From Mailhella sp. (GTDB lineage: Bacteria > Desulfobacterota > Desulfovibrionia > Desulfovibrionales > Desulfovibrionaceae), in NCBI GenBank assembly GCA_020024815.1, contig JAHHTE010000001.1, positions 1 to 56,528 on the forward strand: a DNA stretch of 56,528 bases, given 5' to 3'. Below the pieces are notes generated by a model that was not told the DNA's origin, did no database searches, and saw only the letters and a program-made list of their open reading frames with translations. Made by a program: the position numbers and the translations under genes. Positions 1 to 9,062 of this stretch are shown here, piece after piece. Each line of letters opens with the position of its first letter. Within the stretch, counting starts at the first letter, position 1.

Positions 1-2
1 GC

Positions 3-680
3 TTAGATGTTATTAATCAAATTGTTGAAAACTTTCCTCAAGAACTTTTAACAATTTTATATTCTATTAAAAATAATTCATTTATCACAACTCTTTTTCT
101 TTATTGCCTTTTTCTTCAAAAAATAAATAAAGAGCTTTTAAATAACAATACTGAATTAAGTAAAAATTCAGTTTGTAATATTTTTATAACTGGTTATAAT
201 TATTCCAATTATATTGAAATACTTAAAATTTTATTAAAATATAAAAATCATAATATTCAAATTTTTTGTGATATAACCAAAATTGAACCCAATGAAGCAA
301 TGAAATTACAAGAAATAGGTTCAACTCTTTATGATACTTCAATTAATTTTGTAAAAAATACATTGTCTGAAAAATTTTTATTAAATTTTCTTAAAAAATT
401 CAATGTAATTCTTTGTGGTGATGAAACTATAATGGATTTTAAATTAATACCCTATTGCCTTTTATTAAAGAAAAAAATATTTTTTTCAGATATAAATCTA
501 ATTGAAACATTTACTAATAATGAGTTAATAACATTTAATTCCAATACAATACAAACCTCAAATTTTGAACAATTTACAGTAAATGAAAACGCTACTAACA
601 ATTTTGAAATAGTAAAAAAATTTTTATATGACAAAAATTTTCAAGCAAACTTTGAAAAGAATATCTTTGGCACTCTTTAA
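3..680 (+). CDS. Hypothetical protein, 5'-truncated by the window edge
   Basis: The frame of ORF 300..680 is open back to position 3 (LDVINQIVENFPQELL...); no recognisable motif. Confidence 0.5.
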   Translation, partial: LDVINQIVENFPQELLTILYSIKNNSFITTLFLYCLFLQKINKELLNNNTELSKNSVCNIFITGYNYSNYIEILKILLKYKNHNIQIFCDITKIEPNEAMKLQEIGSTLYDTSINFVKNTLSEKFLLNFLKKFNVILCGDETIMDFKLIPYCLLLKKKIFFSDINLIETFTNNELITFNSNTIQTSNFEQFTVNENATNNFEIVKKFLYDKNFQANFEKNIFGTL

Positions 681-1376
681 TAATGCAAATCACTTTACAT
701 TATTAAACAAAAATTATTAATGGCAAGAAAAGATATTTTTATAACGTATCCTTTTGAAGATTTGGAAAAACTTTTCAAAATTATTACGTTATACTAGAGT
801 TAAACCCACATCAAATAATAAGCGAAAAATTTATTTACTGAAAAAAAAAAAAAAAAATAACTTTTATAGCTCATACAGATAAAAAAGTTATTTTACTGCT
901 CTAGCAGTCAAAACTATCCCCTAATTTACTACTATAACTATAAAAAAATAAATTATTTTTTTCTTATCATTTTCTCTAAAATTTTATTTTTTTAAATTTA
1001 AATTCATAGCAAAATAATATATAATAAGCAAATATATTTTATGTGAGTAAGATATAATTAATAAATGATGAAAAAATTTCATACAATAAGCATACAAAAT
1101 ATTCTCTATCATACTTATTCGCTTATATTAAATTTTATTATTTATTTTTTCTTTTTCATATTCTTAATGCATGTATTTAGCTTATAAGTATACATTATAA
1201 CCTGTTTTTTTCATTTTTTTTTATCTCTTAAAATAAATTAGTTTTGTGAAATAAAAATCTTTCTAAAAAGAAAATATTAATACAACATATTAGAAAAATT
1301 TATCAAAAAAAGACAAAAAAAGTCTAGAAAAGAAATTTTTTCTTGTGCTAGGTTCATAAAAAAATAAGGAGGCACT

Positions 1377-2741
1377 ATGGAAATTTTAATTTCATTTTTA
1401 AACAGTCTTAGTGGTTTTGTTTGGGGACCTGCGATGCTTGTTCTTTTAGTTGGAACAGGCTTATATTTAACCGTAGGATTAAAATTTTTTACTTTTACCC
1501 AAATGCCTAAAGGCTTTATTGGAATTTGGAAAGGCCGTACAAGCTCTGGTGCAGGTGAAATTTCATCATTTAATGCATTAATGACTGCTCTTGCTGGTAC
1601 TATTGGTACTGGGAACATTGCAGGGGTTGCTACTGCAATTTTCTATGGTGGTCCTGGTGCATTATTTTGGATGTGGGTAACAGCACTTGTTGGTATGGCA
1701 ACCAAGTTTTCTGAAATTTTACTTGCTATGTATTATAGAAAACGTACTCCAAGTGGTTACTTTGTTGGTGGAGCTATGTATTTTATTGAACGTGGTCTTG
1801 GAAAAAAATGGAGATTTCTTAGTGTACTCTTTGCAACATTTTGTATTTTAGCGTGCTTTGGTACTGGTAATATGGTTCAAACTAACTCTATTGCAGAATC
1901 ATTAAATGCTAGTTTTGGTGTTCCAAACTGGATTACTGCTATTCTTTTATTTGCATTAGCTGGTTTCGTTTTTATTGGTGGTATCCAAAGAATTGGTATT
2001 GTTGCTGGTAAAATTGTTCCAATAATGGCTCTTATTTATATACTCCTTTGTTTATATGTTCTTTTTAGTTTTTCAGATAGAATTATTGATGTTTTTGTAT
2101 ATGTTGTTCAAGATGCATTTACTCCTACTGCTGCAAAAGGTGGCTTTGCAGGTGCAACGGTTATGATGGCTATTCGTTATGGTATGTCTCGTGGTGTATT
2201 TTCTAACGAAGCAGGTCTTGGTACTGCTCCTATTGCCCATGCAACTGCAACAGCTGATTGTTCCATGAAACAAGCTATACTCGGTATGCTCGATACATTT
2301 ATTGATACCATCATTGTTTGTAGCATGACTGGCTTTACAATCTTAGTTACAGAAATGTGGACTTCTGGGCTTAATGGTGTTGCCTTATCTGCTAGTGCTT
2401 TTAAAATGGTTATGCCCGGTATTGGTGATAAATTAGTTGCTATTTGCTTACTTTTCTTTGCTTTTACAACTATTTTAGGCTGGTGCGTATATGGTGAACG
2501 TTGTGCTATTTATCTTTTTGGTGAAAAAATATTACGTCCTTTCCGTTTCTTCTATACCCTTGCCGTTCCTTTAGGGGCTTTAATTAAGCTTGATCTTGTA
2601 TGGCTTATTGCTGACTGCTCAAATGCTCTTATGGCAATTCCAAACCTTATTGGTATATTACTCCTTAGTCCATTAGTATTCAAACTTGTTACAGAATACA
2701 AACAAACAGGTAAAATTCGTACGTTAGACGAAGAAAAATAA
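1377..2741 (+). CDS. Alanine/glycine:cation symporter (AGCS family)
   Basis: Motifs GTIGTGNIAGVATAI, GGPGALFWMW, RGVFSNEAGLG, FIDTIIVC; many hydrophobic segments; AGGAGG RBS. Confidence 0.95.
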   Translation: MEILISFLNSLSGFVWGPAMLVLLVGTGLYLTVGLKFFTFTQMPKGFIGIWKGRTSSGAGEISSFNALMTALAGTIGTGNIAGVATAIFYGGPGALFWMWVTALVGMATKFSEILLAMYYRKRTPSGYFVGGAMYFIERGLGKKWRFLSVLFATFCILACFGTGNMVQTNSIAESLNASFGVPNWITAILLFALAGFVFIGGIQRIGIVAGKIVPIMALIYILLCLYVLFSFSDRIIDVFVYVVQDAFTPTAAKGGFAGATVMMAIRYGMSRGVFSNEAGLGTAPIAHATATADCSMKQAILGMLDTFIDTIIVCSMTGFTILVTEMWTSGLNGVALSASAFKMVMPGIGDKLVAICLLFFAFTTILGWCVYGERCAIYLFGEKILRPFRFFYTLAVPLGALIKLDLVWLIADCSNALMAIPNLIGILLLSPLVFKLVTEYKQTGKIRTLDEEK

Positions 2742-2755
2742 TTTACTCTTTTTTT

Positions 2756-2805
2756 ACAATAAAAAACTAACGAACTAAAAAAATTGCTCGTTAGTTTTTT
2801 ATTGT
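2756..2805. terminator. Probable intrinsic terminator after the symporter
   Basis: 18-bp perfect inverted repeat ACAATAAAAAACTAACGA / TCGTTAGTTTTTTATTGT. Confidence 0.75.
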
Positions 2806-3006
2806 TATTATAGTTTTTTCCTTATTAAATATTTCATTTTTTAACTGATATATATGTTAATTTCACAAATCATCTAATTTTTAATAAAAAATAATATTTT
2901 AATTCAATGCATTATATCAATATAAATTACAATATCTATCATGCTTTATTTTATCATTATAATAAAACCTCTTGAATAAACACATATAATATGTTACTTA
3001 TTTTAA

Positions 3007-3681
3007 ATGATAAAAAGATACTTTATACCACATCTTTTTAATGCAAACCCTGAATGGAAAAACTATAAAGCATTTAGTAAAAATATCACTGTTACAAATA
3101 CACAACCTTTTTATCCTAAAGATTACGATTTAATCTTTGTTGAAAAAGGATATGTAAAAACTTTTTGCAATACAAATTATAAAAAAGAAATTTTTACTCT
3201 AATAATTGGAGAAAATTCTCTTGCAAATGTTGGTGGAACAATTACAGGTGCTAATCGTTTTTCTAAACTTATAACTGATACAAAAGCAGAAATTAGAATT
3301 TATGATTCTTATTATTTTTGGGATTTACCTTTTATTCAAAATAATCCCAATCTTATGCAAGGATTAGCAAAAACTATTTCTAAATGCATTGAAATACATA
3401 CAACTCGTTCGCATTATAGTTGTTTTTTTGAGTGTTTACCTAGATTATGCAACACTATTTTAGACATAACTACGGATAAACAAATACAATATCAACAATA
3501 TATTAAATCCATAAATCAAATTGAATTATCTCAACTTTGTGGAATGCACCCTGTAACAACCTGTAATATCCTAAAAAAACTACGACAAAATAATATAATA
3601 GGAAAAGTAACTCCACAATATATAGAAATATTAGATCAAGAAACTTTAATCAATATAAGCAATAGCACAATAGAGTTATAA
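3007..3681 (+). CDS. Crp/Fnr family transcriptional regulator
   Basis: Cupin-like N-terminus (FVEKGYVK); C-terminal HTH INQIELSQLCGMHPVTTCNILKKLRQNNII. Confidence 0.85.
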   Translation: MIKRYFIPHLFNANPEWKNYKAFSKNITVTNTQPFYPKDYDLIFVEKGYVKTFCNTNYKKEIFTLIIGENSLANVGGTITGANRFSKLITDTKAEIRIYDSYYFWDLPFIQNNPNLMQGLAKTISKCIEIHTTRSHYSCFFECLPRLCNTILDITTDKQIQYQQYIKSINQIELSQLCGMHPVTTCNILKKLRQNNIIGKVTPQYIEILDQETLINISNSTIEL

Positions 3682-3682
3682 A

Positions 3683-4375
3683 ATGTATCCCACAAGTTTT
3701 GCACAATTATTTTTACGACTTAGCAATATCAATGAAAAATGGAATGAAATTTTACCATCTTTTCATATAACTCAATATAAAAAAGGACGAGAAATCCAAA
3801 CAACAAGCGATTATTTACTTTTTTTAGAAAAAGGAATTATAAAAACTTCATTTATAACATTCTCAGGATTAGAATGGATTTTTATTTTTCAAAAACAAGG
3901 TTGTTTATTTAATGAATTAGCTATTTTTAACAATAAAATAAAATTCCAATACACAGCACATACTGATATAACAATAAGGCAAATTCCACGATCTTTTATT
4001 GAATCAATAGAGTTTATACAAAATTATCCTGAACTTTATGTCAATTTTATAGAAACACTTGCATTAAAAGAATCTATTAGCTATTCATATTTTTCTGATT
4101 TAGCCTATGCGTCAGCTAAAAGCCGTGTATGCCAAGCATTACTTGCTTTATTAAAAGGACAAAATGCAAAAGATTTTAATCCTGAACTAACACAAGCAGA
4201 AATTGGTGCTATGATGGGTTTGCACCAAACAACAGTAGCCCGTGTGATCAAAGAATTACGACAAGAAAATATTATTGGTACTTTTACCAAAAAAAAATTA
4301 CAGATATATGATATTGAAAAATTAGAAGAAATTAGTAAAAACGAACAAGAACCTCTTATCTTTGACTGTAATTAG
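3683..4375 (+). CDS. Crp/Fnr family transcriptional regulator
   Basis: FLEKGIIK...GCLFNE; HTH LTQAEIGAMMGLHQTTVARVIKELRQENII. Confidence 0.9.
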   Translation: MYPTSFAQLFLRLSNINEKWNEILPSFHITQYKKGREIQTTSDYLLFLEKGIIKTSFITFSGLEWIFIFQKQGCLFNELAIFNNKIKFQYTAHTDITIRQIPRSFIESIEFIQNYPELYVNFIETLALKESISYSYFSDLAYASAKSRVCQALLALLKGQNAKDFNPELTQAEIGAMMGLHQTTVARVIKELRQENIIGTFTKKKLQIYDIEKLEEISKNEQEPLIFDCN

Positions 4376-4436
4376 TCTAAGCTATTTTTTTTCCTCTTTT
4401 TTAATGCTATTTTTAGCAAAAATTAGGAGGTAAATT

Positions 4437-4871
4437 ATGAACTCTATTCTTCCAGAACCGTATAAAGTAAGTTATGTTGTAAAAAACATTGAAAATGCCA
4501 AAAAACAATGGCAAATGGCTGGATTTTCTGAATGGACAGAATTTGATTATGAGGGTAAAAAAGAAGATATAACCATAGGTGAACCCTTTGTTGCACATTT
4601 TGCCCAAGCAAGAATTAATAATGGATTAGTTTTTGAACTTATTCAACCAGTTTCAGGTAATTCTATTTGGAAACAACAATTAGATGAAAAAGGTGAAGGC
4701 TATCATCTCATTTCTTTTAGCACACCAAACAATTGGAAAGAAACTGTTGAAAAATTAAAAACAAATGGTGCAAAAATAAAAGTTGAAGCTAATTTCGATG
4801 GATTAATGTGGTGCTATATTAATATTGACGGAATTAATAGAATTGAAGTAACTGAAGAAAAAGTTGACTAA
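4437..4871 (+). CDS. VOC (glyoxalase/methylmalonyl-CoA epimerase-like) family protein
   Basis: VSYVVKNIENA...FELIQPVSGNSIW...GEGYHLISF pattern; AGGAGG RBS. Confidence 0.8.
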   Translation: MNSILPEPYKVSYVVKNIENAKKQWQMAGFSEWTEFDYEGKKEDITIGEPFVAHFAQARINNGLVFELIQPVSGNSIWKQQLDEKGEGYHLISFSTPNNWKETVEKLKTNGAKIKVEANFDGLMWCYINIDGINRIEVTEEKVD

Positions 4872-4876
4872 TATAC

Positions 4877-4931
4877 AAAATAAAACATGATAATATAGTA
4901 TAATTCACAATAAATTATCATGTTTTATTTT
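4877..4931. terminator. Stem-loop/terminator after the VOC gene
   Basis: 18-bp inverted repeat AAAATAAAACATGATAAT / ATTATCATGTTTTATTTT with a 19-nt loop. Confidence 0.55.
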
Positions 4932-4980
4932 TTAATTATGCTATCCTTACAAATCAATCCTATTTTTCTTATTCATTTTT

Positions 4981-5993
4981 TAAATTGTAAAACGAAGTAC
5001 AACAAGTATTAAAAAAAGTAGCCCAATACAAAACCTTTATGTAAAATTATATGTTGGAACAACTACAAGAAGGTTTTACTATTGAACTACACACAGCTTA
5101 CACTAATTGAAAGAGAAAAGCTAATATTTAGCCTTAAATTTTAGTTGTAGAAAAATTGCTAATTTACTTTGACCACATTATTCAACTATTATAAGAGAAA
5201 TAAACAGAAACAAAAAAGATTATTATTTTATAACTACTCAAAATAATTATAGTAATAAAAAAAAGAATAATCTTGGTAATATAAAATTATCACAGGATAT
5301 TATTACTATTATTCAAGAAAAATTACAGTGTACATGATCTCCTGAACAAATTGCAAATACAATATTACATGAAAAAATAAACTCAAATAATCTTCAACTA
5401 TTACTTCATAAAGATAAAAAAAGAAAGGGAGTTGAAAAAAGAGAGATATTTTCAACTGGGACATCAATAAAAGAACATTCAAAGAAAGCAAATAATCGCA
5501 ATGAATTTGGACATTGGGAACTTAACAGTATTCTTTCAAGTAGCGAGGAGAAAGTAAAGGTGTATTTTTACTTATATTGAAAGAAAATCAAGGCTATTAA
5601 CAGCTTTTACAAGTAATGAAAGGACAGCCCATGCCATGAAAAAAGCAATAAGCTATCTTTTTTCTGTACTAATTAAAGAAGCTATGAAATCTATAACTTC
5701 AGATAGAGGAAAGGAATTTGCATGTCATAAGCAAATAAAAGACGAACTAAAAATAGATTTTTCTTTGCAGACGCTTATTTCCCCCAAAAACAATGGGCAA
5801 AGAGGTTGTAATGAAAATGCTAATGATTTATTAAGAAAGTTTTATCTAAAACAAACAAATTTATCTAAGATAACTCAAGAAAAATTACGACAAAAACTAG
5901 AACTCATTAATAATAGACCTAGAAAGTATCTAAATTGGACAACTCCAATTGAAATTTTTCTACAAGAGATATCGCACTTGGATTGACAATTCA
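4981..5993 (+). mobile_element. Degenerate IS30-family insertion sequence (transposase pseudogene)
   Basis: Fragments of IS30 transposase motifs (SPEQIA, FGHWE, ITSDRGKEFA, QRGCNENAN, INNRPRKYL) broken by stops and frameshifts; imperfect terminal IRs TAAATTGTAAAACGAAGTAC vs TGAATTGTCAATCCAAGTGC (reverse complement of right end). Confidence 0.85.
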
Positions 5994-6250
5994 GCTAATT
6001 TATAAAAGTTTCTGTTTTCTTTTTCATAATATATAATTTTTCCATATAGTTACAACTATCATAAAGACAATTATTGTTTTTTATAAAAATGTATTTACCA
6101 TACAGTATTAATTCATTAAATTAACAATATATAATATAGAAATATCCACTTATTTTCCTTATAAAAAAAATTCTTGAAAATCAACTTGAACTAAAATACA
6201 TCGTTTTTGAAAAAAATATTAAATTTTTTTCATTTTTTTGAAAAAAACAT

Positions 6251-6279
6251 TTGACAAAGGATAGCTTTTTACGTAAAAA
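6251..6279 (+). promoter_or_regulatory. Sigma70-type promoter of tRNA-Glu
   Basis: TTGACA-17 bp-TAAAAA just upstream of the tRNA. Confidence 0.6.
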
Positions 6280-6295
6280 TTATTTCACGGCATAC

Positions 6296-6372
6296 GTCTC
6301 CATCGTCTAGCCGGCCCAGGACAGCGGCCTTTCACGCCGTCAACAGGGGTTCAAATCCCCTTGGAGACGCCA
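6296..6372 (+). tRNA. tRNA-Glu(TTC)
   Basis: Cloverleaf: acceptor GTCTCCA/TGGAGAC, anticodon loop CTTTCAC, T-loop TTCAAAT, encoded CCA. Confidence 0.97.
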
Positions 6373-6383
6373 AAATTAAAAAT
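6318..6383 (+). repeat. attL, left copy of 66-bp att direct repeat
   Basis: Matches 56463-56528 except C6328/T56473. Confidence 0.95.
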
Positions 6384-6404
6384 ATAATATTTTGATATAC
6401 TTAT

Positions 6405-6437
6405 AAACTCCCTAAAGGAAATTTAGGGAGTTTTTTT
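6405..6437 (+). terminator. Intrinsic terminator downstream of tRNA-Glu, supplied by the ICE
   Basis: Stem AAACTCCCTAAA/TTTAGGGAGTTT, loop GGAAA, followed by a T-run. Confidence 0.8.
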
Positions 6438-7079
6438 ATGTCTAATTTACAAGGTAAAAAGATATATCTGGCTTTACCTTATTCACATTCAGACCCTTAC
6501 ATCAGAGAAGTGCGATATAAAACTGCAACAAGCGTTGCAGCTTCTCTGATGAAACAAGGGGCTATTGTATTCTCTCCTATTACTTATGGACATCAGTTGT
6601 GCCAATTTGGTATAGATACAGGTTTTGAAACATGGTCAGGTATTGACTACCCAATGATTTCTTGGGCAGATGAATTATGGCTTTTAGAACTTGAAGGTTA
6701 TGATGTTTCTTTTGGCGTAAATGAAGAACTTGAATATGCTATGCGTCAAGGAATACCTGTTGTCCGCATTTCAGAAGATTCTCTTATAAATTTTACTCAG
6801 TATTCCCAACATAACTCTCCCTTAAACGTTGCAACTTCTGCTGTGTTTCCACGCATAGCAGAAGTTCGCTACGAAATTATTGTAAAATCAAAGTACAAGT
6901 ACGGCGATACCATATTTGTTATTAATGAAAACAATGAAATTTTAGAACAAGAAGTATATGAAATAGCTGTTGCTTGTATTCAAGATAGACAGACTATTTC
7001 TTACAACGGCTTCCACAGCAAACTTGTGTTTCCGTCTTATGACGCAGCCAAGAAAGCTCTGGAAGCCACTTTTATTTAA
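6438..7079 (+). CDS. DUF1937-like (nucleoside 2-deoxyribosyltransferase-like fold) phage-type protein with extra C-terminal domain
   Basis: KIYLALPYSH...VFSPITYGH...WADELWLL...SFGVNEELEYAMRQGIPV motif. Confidence 0.75.
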   Translation: MSNLQGKKIYLALPYSHSDPYIREVRYKTATSVAASLMKQGAIVFSPITYGHQLCQFGIDTGFETWSGIDYPMISWADELWLLELEGYDVSFGVNEELEYAMRQGIPVVRISEDSLINFTQYSQHNSPLNVATSAVFPRIAEVRYEIIVKSKYKYGDTIFVINENNEILEQEVYEIAVACIQDRQTISYNGFHSKLVFPSYDAAKKALEATFI

Positions 7080-7098
7080 ATAACAAAGGAGTTTTATA

Positions 7099-7326
7099 AT
7101 GAGAAAAGTGGAAATTAAAGTAAATATCGAAAATAAAATTAGTATATTAAAATTTGAGTTTGAAGAAGAAAATGCAGTAAACACTTTTTTTGAATGTAAA
7201 GATTTTTCTGCAATTGATCTTCTTAATTTATATGTTTTATTAGGTCAATGTGAAAAAAATTGTATTTTAACAAGAACTATGGGTGCATGGATGAAAACTC
7301 TTTCTTTAGCAAACGAAGAGCAATAA
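7099..7326 (+). CDS. Hypothetical protein (75 aa)
   Basis: AAGGAG RBS; co-oriented in an apparent operon. Confidence 0.7.
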   Translation: MRKVEIKVNIENKISILKFEFEEENAVNTFFECKDFSAIDLLNLYVLLGQCEKNCILTRTMGAWMKTLSLANEEQ

Positions 7327-7390
7327 GACGAAACGGTTCGCTAAGAGCCGTCTGCTTGATGTGGTGATCAAGCACTGATGAGTCAGCCAC
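7327..7390 (+). ncRNA. Type II hammerhead ribozyme
   Basis: GAC-GAAA-[CGGTTC gctaa GAGCCG]-TC-[TGCTTGAT gtggtg ATCAAGCA]-CTGATGA-GTC; intact core, GUC cleavage triplet, loop I/3' tail pseudoknot GTGGT:GCCAC. Confidence 0.92.
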
Positions 7391-7442
7391 TCAATTAATT
7401 ACTTCAAAGGATATTTTTGAAAAAAATTTTATAAGAACTATA

Positions 7443-7526
7443 AAAAAGTAAAACCACAAAAACTCGCAATTTTTGTGGTTTAGAAGAACTAAGACGTTTT
7501 ACCGTCCTTTAGTTTTCAAAAAGGAT
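7443..7526 (-). ncRNA. Putative antisense counter-transcript RNA in the rep leader (ends approximate)
   Basis: Minus-strand promoter at 7561-7533 and a terminator hairpin at 7451-7481 followed by a T-run on the minus strand. Confidence 0.6.
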
Positions 7527-7617
7527 GAGTAAAATATACGTCAATCGTGTCCGCTTGTCAAGAGTTAGGGTCTTATTTTTCATACTTTTTTTAGTTTTTC
7601 AAAAAGGAAAAAAGTAA
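7525..7617 (+). CDS. Possible 30-aa leader peptide coupled to rep
   Basis: MSKIYVNRVRLSRVRVLFFILFLVFQKGKK*; stop overlaps the rep start (TAATG); RBS spacing is poor. Confidence 0.35.
   Translation: MSKIYVNRVRLSRVRVLFFILFLVFQKGKK
7533..7561 (-). promoter_or_regulatory. Near-consensus sigma70 promoter, antisense to rep
   Basis: TTGACA (7561-7556), 17 bp spacer, TATATT (7538-7533). Confidence 0.7.
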
Positions 7618-8615
7618 TGGAAAACTTTATTGATTTTGTGCCAAACAAAATGGCTAGAGGTGTGGTTGTGCCAGATTTTATACGAAATGATGAAAGACTA
7701 GGAGCAGAAGCAATACTTATTTTTGCTAATCTATGCTCTTATAGTCGGCATAAAAACTACTGCTTTCCAAGCAAGGAAACACTTATGCTTGAAACGCGTT
7801 GTTCTTTTAACACACTTCAAAAATATTTAAATCAGCTCATTGAATTTGGTTATGTAAAAATCAAAAAAATCAATGGAAGAAATATGTTCTATTTATTTGC
7901 TCCAAAAGAAGAAATAGAACGTATTGAAGAACAAAATCAAATAGATAAACAAAAAAATTTAACTTCTAATTTCAAGGAACTTTCAAAATTTGAAACCGAA
8001 GTTAAAGAATTAAATATTAATATTACCCCCCTACCCCCTAAAAACTCCTCACAAACTTCTTCTAACCCTCTAACCTCTAATGTGGGTGATTTTAATGCTT
8101 TTTTTGAAATTTACCCCAATAAAACCAATAAATATAGAGCCTTAATTATATGCAAACGTCTTCAAAAAAAAGGATTATTGCCCACATTAGATTATTTCAA
8201 AAAAGTTATTGAATATTTTAAAAATACATTTCAATGGAATAAAGAAAATGGAAGATTTATTCCACAATTTGCCAACTTTCTCCTGAATGAAAAATGGAAA
8301 GAAGTTCCATTAGAATATTTTGAACCAAAACAAATGGATACTCATGTAATAGATGAAAAAAAAGCAACAGAAATATGGGAAAAGGAGAAAATGATAATAA
8401 AAAAAGAGAAAAATAATAATATTGATGACGACTTAGAAGTACAATGGAATGAATTTAAAAAGAATTTTAAAACAGACATTTCAATAAGAAGGTTTCAAGC
8501 AAAAGCTAAGTTTTTCCAACTCATAAAAGAAGGTTTTTCTTTTGGAGTTATTCAAAAAAATCTAACTATTACTCCGTTAGAATTTTTACAAAACATAAAA
8601 AATCAAGCTGTCTAA
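7617..8615 (+). CDS. HTH-domain replication initiator-like protein (phage type)
   Basis: N-terminal winged HTH (CFPSKETL...TLQKYLNQLIEFGYV), TPLPP linker, FNAFFEIYPNK and GRFIPQFANFLLNEKW motifs typical of phage replication proteins. Confidence 0.75.
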   Translation: MENFIDFVPNKMARGVVVPDFIRNDERLGAEAILIFANLCSYSRHKNYCFPSKETLMLETRCSFNTLQKYLNQLIEFGYVKIKKINGRNMFYLFAPKEEIERIEEQNQIDKQKNLTSNFKELSKFETEVKELNINITPLPPKNSSQTSSNPLTSNVGDFNAFFEIYPNKTNKYRALIICKRLQKKGLLPTLDYFKKVIEYFKNTFQWNKENGRFIPQFANFLLNEKWKEVPLEYFEPKQMDTHVIDEKKATEIWEKEKMIIKKEKNNNIDDDLEVQWNEFKKNFKTDISIRRFQAKAKFFQLIKEGFSFGVIQKNLTITPLEFLQNIKNQAV

Positions 8616-8646
8616 AAAGCCTGATTTAATGAAAGAGTGAGGTAAA

Positions 8647-9060
8647 ATGACAGAAAATAAAAAATATAACTACAATGGCTCATTTGGTAGGGTACAATTT
8701 CTTGCTAATTTGGAGTTCATCAAAAATGAATTAGAGAAAGGTCGTACCTTTAAATCTATTTATAATGAATTAGTTAATCAAAAAAAAGTAACCTGTTCAT
8801 ATAAAAGTTTATCCAGATATAAGACAATATTTTTAGGTTTCAGCAATAACTGTAAAGGAAAACATGAAATTAATGAAAAACAAAAAACTCAAGCTAAACA
8901 AAAAAAAGTAACCACTGAACAACCCCAGAAAAACAAACAGCAAACAGAACAAGCTAAAAAACATCATACAGAACTTAAAGAAAAAAATGATACTTTTATG
9001 ATGGAAAATTATGACCCTGTGGGTAATTCACAGCAAAACGAAAAAAAGGAGAATAACTGA
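8647..9060 (+). CDS. traK: TraK-family oriT-binding protein
   Basis: GRVQFLANLEFIKNELEKGRTFKSIY motif; position before traL-traM as in IncP plasmids. Confidence 0.7.
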   Translation: MTENKKYNYNGSFGRVQFLANLEFIKNELEKGRTFKSIYNELVNQKKVTCSYKSLSRYKTIFLGFSNNCKGKHEINEKQKTQAKQKKVTTEQPQKNKQQTEQAKKHHTELKEKNDTFMMENYDPVGNSQQNEKKENN

Positions 9061-9062
9061 TA

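Noticed and set aside
681..1376. Glycine riboswitch or other structured leader upstream of the AGCS transporter
   Set aside because: Extremely AT-rich with no recognisable aptamer motifs; the long A-run from 841 is intergenic with no evidence of function.
5636..5986. Functional IS30 transposase
   Set aside because: Only a C-terminal fragment; the upstream part has stops and frameshifts.
7960..8085. Iteron-containing origin inside rep
   Set aside because: Only short low-complexity repeats (CTCTAAC-like); not distinguishable from chance.
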